From the human T2T-CHM13v2.0 reference genome, Homo sapiens, in assembly GCF_009914755.1 (NCBI RefSeq), contig NC_060927.1: 64,000 nucleotides of DNA. One strand, written 5' to 3'. Below the pieces are notes generated by a model. The model was given only the letters and a program-made list of their open reading frames with translations. It made no database searches and was not told the DNA's origin. Below, piece after piece: positions 56,501-64,000 of the stretch (position 1 is its first letter; every line of letters begins with the position of its first letter). A program made the translations under genes and the position numbers.

Positions 56501-56970
56501 GGTCCATCCTTTATCAACTTGGCAACCATATGCATCTCTTTAACCCATACTTAATCTCCAAATAAAGACAATAACAAGGTCATACTTCCACCTTTTATGA
56601 TAAAGATATCCTGCATGCAACTGAAAACTCACTAACCCTTTCCCCAGAAGAGGATGCAAAGTCTTGGATGATGTTCACTCTTGTGTATCCCATAACTTTA
56701 AATACTGTGATGTAAAGTTAACTCTACTTAAATGCTATGCTATAAAGTCAGTACATGATAAGGAGGTAAGAAAGAGAAGAAAACAAAGGTATTTGTTTTC
56801 TTCTCTTCATGTTCATAACAAAATAAGGAAGAAATACTCATGATAGTTACACTTCTTGTTTCTGTAACTGGTTGTATAGTCATAGCTGGTACTCATAACT
56901 ACCCTCTTCCACTAGCAAGCCCATATGCTCCTTGCTCTCAACAAGTACCTCAACAGGTCATAGTTCTTTA
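56501..56970 (-). mobile_element. HERVL internal 3' end with PPT
   Basis: AAAGGATGGACC immediately before LTR on - strand; HERVL 3' region motifs. Confidence 0.75.
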
Positions 56971-59900
56971 CCTTCTTTTCTTGATGGCACTGCTTCTGGG
57001 TTAATTCTCAGTGATTTTGATACCCACAGAGATGATCCTTTTAAGGCCCAGGCCTCTTGGCTGCCTGGCCTCCTCTCTCCAGTGGCATTGTCCTCATCTA
57101 CTGTATTTCTGGAAACTCATTCCTTCTTTTGTATGAATGCTTCCATATATGCCCTCCCTGAGCCTCTCTGGCTGGAGTTCATAGTAGCGTTTGCTGCCTT
57201 AGTAGTTTCCATGCAGGACCATGTTATCTGTTATCCCCCTCACCCCCCAAGGATTTCCCTGAATCCCAGTCTTTCTCTGAGTCTTTCTCTATGTTTATGA
57301 GTAAACCTGGGCATGATTAGGGCTGCAGCAATCACACAGCTCTCTGAAGAACTGCTCTGACTGATACTCATCGTAAGCACCTTCCTGCCCTCCAAAATTG
57401 TAATACCGTTGAAGGCTAGAGGGTACTGCAAAAGCTTCCTCCAACATGCTGGTGGGGTTAGGAGTGGAGAAGAACAAATGAGCAGCCTTCTAGTGTTATA
57501 GACGCCAGACTGTGAGTCCCAGCTGAGCCTCACAGATAAGTTTCTCTGCAGTGTTGGAGCCACACGGGTGTAGTGTTGTATCCTGCCTTCCTACTCAGCA
57601 TCATTTAAATGTTTCCTCATGCTATTGCAAATGCTCATTATAGATATTCTTAATGGCTGCTTCATATGTCATTGAATGATTGTACTGTATTTGCATAAAA
57701 TTGGAAAGGTACTTTTTATTTTTTTAAAATAAACCAGAATACAAGCCTAATACTTCAATCATTTATCAAAATACAGAGTTCTGTGTTCCCCTTTAATAAG
57801 TTACACTCATTTTTAAGAAAGAAAGTAGGATATTAAATAGTTTCCTTTTGCTTATTTTACTCCTCTTTACTTTTTCTGCTATTTCAGTGGAGAGGCCTTG
57901 CCTTTCCCTTGTAAGGGAAGTTCTACTGATTATTGTTCATACATAGTCACATGACACTGCTAAGAATATCTGCATGACACATGTAAGAAAAGAGGCTAAG
58001 CTACTTAAGAGCTCTCATGAGCATGTACTTTCAGATGACAAATATTTAAGGGTGAAATAAAAGTGAAGTATATCAGAAATCCATGTCAGACATGTAAACA
58101 TGTTATACACTTGAGATTCATCAGTATTTTGATTAATAGATACTTTTCCTTATTTTTGAAGGCAAATGCACAAAACTTGGAATTTTCAATTAAGATGACC
58201 TCTTCCCTAAACGTGTTGCTAAATTTTTATGCCACGAGAGAGGGAAACATTGTGAGTTTTAATAATTTATATCTCTGTGGTAAGGAGGAGTTGGAAAAAA
58301 AAGAGCAGACCTAGGAAAAATATGCCATAGCATGTTCAGACCTCTGTATCAAATGTGCACAGGAGTAACGTATTTTGAAAGAAGGGAATTAATTCATTTT
58401 AATGTATTCTTCCAGTTCTGTGAGTCTCTAGGAGAATTTTTTATTCTATGGAACACATTACTAGGATGTAGAGGGTACATCTGTCTATCCTATAGGATAT
58501 AGATATAGGTAAACCACAGCATTGAAGTAGGAGCAGACAGAAAGGACAAAGGACCCAAAATGATGGGCTACAACTTGCCTTGTCCTCTTTCCAAACCACG
58601 CTGTCCACTGTAATCCTAAAGTGGGGTCCCATATTCCAGTACCAATGGATGACGGAATAAGGAAAGAAAAAAAATTTCCCAGGATGCTTTGGGTAGTCTG
58701 AAGTTGGATACAAATAGATAAAGCCACCTCTGTGCTTCTCATTTATTTCCGAGTCTAATACTGAAGCCATCAAAACAACTACATTTTTATGAAGTAGTTT
58801 TAACCATCCAATGGAAAAATTGTGCCAGGGTAATACTGGCAAGTTGTTTTCTCCGGTCCACGGGATGTGATGGATGACCTGGGGAGACAGAGGTCCAGCC
58901 TTCCCGGAGTGGAGATGGTGAGAGGTTCATCAGTAGCTACAGGCATGTCATGGTGATCACACTGGTAATTTGTAAGTTATAAATGTGAACTTGTAAGTTG
59001 TCTCTTAGTTGTGTAAATTTGTTAAAAGGAGGATTTTTGGGGACAGTAAATTGAAGATTTTGTGTTCTTGGCAGTTGCTAGTCCTCGGGTTTTCTACAAC
59101 TCAGTGTCATCTAAGTCAGATGAGAGTTTCTTCTACAGTGTAGAGAGATGATGATTCTCCCATAAATAAAACTGAGCTCTGAGGCTCTAGGAGGAAAAAG
59201 AAAGCCTGACCCTTTTGACTTATAAGTGTGGGTAGGAGAGAATTAGTGACTGCCAAGAACAAAACATTGTCAGCTACCTGTTCCTAAAATGTCCTCCCTC
59301 TAACAAACTTAAATGACTAAGAGACAACTTTAAAAGTTCGGATTTATAACTTAGAGATTATCAGGATGGTCACCACGACATGCCTGTACTTCCTGAGAGG
59401 GAAGGCACAGAGGTCAAGAGTGTGTGTTCTGATGTTCCTCTTCCTAGAGTAGGGTGTCAGAGAGTATGAGTGTGTGTCTCACAGGGAGTCGAGTAGAGGA
59501 CTAGTCTAGGGGGAAGCTGCAAACCTCTCCAGGAAGCTCTATTTGTAACCGCATGCTCTGTGACCCAAGAACAACTGTAGTTCATTGACTGGGAAGCTGT
59601 CTATCAGGTTTCTACCAAGCATTCTCTGGCTCCTGCCCTTCTGCCTCCCCTGTGGGTCAGCCCACATACCCTCAAGGCACTAGCCCATTCTCCCGGTAGC
59701 CATTACCACAGTGTCCACTGGTGCTTTCCAGCTGTCCTGAGCTTTATTCTAAAAGTGAAAATGTGAAGGAACAAAATTTATCCTGGGTCCTGGGATTAAG
59801 TTCCACCATTTGTGACTAGGAGAACCTTCTGAGGTTTACATATAAAAACCAAGGCTCTGCAGCTGTTATTTGCTTACACTGTAATTGTAGTGTTTACATA

Positions 59901-60654
59901 TAAATTCTAAGTAAGTACCTGATAGTAATTTGCTCTCTTTGGAATGTAAATATTCTCCTTAAAAAAATCTACTATTAGTTGTCTTAATCCCTTTATTTTG
60001 AGAACAAATGGAACAGTAAATTTGAGCCTACTGTGTTTGATCACAAATTCAGAATTGGTGAGGTCTAAGTTAGTGAAGTTTTAATGCATATTTTTTTCAT
60101 GATCTTGTGTTCTCTAGTATAATTATGTGGTCTAATTTCAAATGTAGCCAGCTGCCAGCTCTTATATTGACACACTTTTATTACAGACAGAAGAAACGTA
60201 CCAGACTTTTACATAGTAGAGAGAGCAAAGAGGATCATTATCCAGTTGAAACTGAAAGGGAAATTCTCAGTGGGCTGAAGAGCTGTGTATTTTTATTGAG
60301 TGTTCATTAGTGGTCTGTGCAGGGGATCCATATTAAAATACCCGAAGAATGTGAAGCAGACAGAGAAAAAAACCCAAAAGGCAGGAGAGACTTACACTGT
60401 GTCCAGACAGTCAGGAAACAAAAGCAGGGGATTGCAGGCATCTCTCTAATATCAAGATGACAGGGGGATATTCTGGGCTCTGATACAAACACTGGCCTTT
60501 TTTGTTTGTTTTCTCTAAGACCAGTCATTGCAGATAAAGCCAGAAAAATGAATCAAGATTTATAAGCCAGGTTATTTAGTTGCCAATAATCTATGATGGA
60601 TGTATGTATGTATGTGTGTGATTTCAGAGCCCAGACTCTGCAGTGATGACAGCA

Positions 60655-60772
60655 ATGAAGTCTCTACCTCCTGGGAGCCAGTAGCACACCCACAGTGGTG
60701 ACCACTAGATATTTCTCCAGACATTGTTAAATGTCTCCTGGGAGACACTATAGTTCCTGCTGAGAATCACTG
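60655..60772 (-). mobile_element. MER20 fragment
   Basis: TCTCCAGACATTGTTAAATGTCTCCTGGG...TGAGAATCACTG. Confidence 0.75.
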
Positions 60773-61774
60773 GTTTAGTCCACAGTTCTCAATTAGGGAA
60801 GTCACAACTCCTGCTCCCTTGCCCCACTCCCACACTCCTGCTAATTCTAGCCACTTTTTTCCTCAGGGTGTGGGTATGGGTCTCCATCTAATGCCATTAG
60901 AAATGATTTTGCAGGAACTTCTGTCACCAAGTATGGCCAACAGAAGTCATGGAAGCTGTTCTTCCACCTTCACCATGTTCACTTCTGAAGAAGGTTCTAC
61001 CAGGATCTAATAGAAAATACAATCAAAGTTTACAATACAGGGATAATTAGATCTCCCTCACCAGTTTTCAGCTTCTAGCCCTGTTCTCATTTGTCAGAAA
61101 TAAAATCATAGTGTCACTTCTGATGGGAAGAGGATGTTTTGCCTAAGACAGCATGAGCTTGGAGCCTCCATGGGGCATCAGGAGAGGCAATGGTTCAAAT
61201 AGAGGTCAAAATGCCTATAGGATCTGGTGCCTGGTAGTTTTGTGGTGATGGCATTTAGACTGTAGAAAGGAAGGTTCTCTGCACAGCTAGACTGGAGCTG
61301 GTCAGGCTTCTCCTGCATTGCAGTGATCCTTGGTAGAATATAGATCTATAGAGAGTGACTGAGGAGAGCCATTTGTGGGCTAGAGTGCCCCTGCAGCCAG
61401 AGGGGAGTTCTTTGTTCATTCTTTCATTTACTTAGCAATCAACAATTTAGCCCACATGTGCTATGAACCAAGCATTAGACAAAGGCATGAGAATTGAACA
61501 TTTATGGAGATAGATTTTTGAAACAGGAAAAAATCAAAAGTAGGGAGCCTGGTCAGTGATCCCACCCAAACTTGGAGCATAGCCAGCAGCCCTTCCCAAT
61601 TGTGGAGCCCAGTCTGCAGTTCTGCCCAACTATGGGGCACAGCACACAGCTTCACCTGACTTGGGAGACTAGTAACAACTTGATGGGCTGCAGAGCACAC
61701 CTCTGGTCCCACCCAGGCAGGGAGTACAACCAGACCCTGCTCAATGACAGGCCTCAGCCTGTGGCCCTGCCTAA

Positions 61775-64000
<2,226 letters not shown>

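Noticed and set aside
52900-56970. ERVL pol remnant and MLT2 LTR as a single provirus
   Set aside because: On the - strand the pol piece lies downstream of the 3' LTR (PPT and internal sequence are to the LTR's right), so the order is incompatible

Overview
Primate (very probably human) genomic DNA with no intact protein-coding exon. The centrepiece is a CpG-island promoter (~18,640-19,860) with Sp1 GC boxes, an inverted CCAAT box and a GC-rich, apparently non-coding first exon ending at a CCC|GTGAGT donor (19,297/19,298). It is followed by >44 kb of + strand intron 1. From memory the exon matches the 5'UTR of human MYRIP; this is unverified and needs BLAT. The rest is a layered record of transposable elements. 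Upstream are a decayed gag+env ERV1 provirus with a nested LTR, two LTR16, an LTR12 (HERV9) solo LTR in the gene's orientation, and an LTR33. The intron holds a near full-length L1MA with nested MER30, Alu and L1PB copies, a full-length antisense L1PA7/8-like element carrying an LTR22 (HML-5) and an Alu, ERVL pol and MLT2 remnants, and L2/MIR/hAT fragments. I found no convincing novel gene system. The best leads are TE-derived regulatory candidates: the L1 antisense promoter with an open ORF0-like frame facing the host gene, the sense LTR12, an AluJ cryptic exon and a uORF at the splice donor. Also notable are an LTR22 with a PBS-like 3' extension and a fold-back palindrome at an L1 deletion junction. 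All repeat family names come from recalled consensus sequences and need RepeatMasker/Dfam confirmation.
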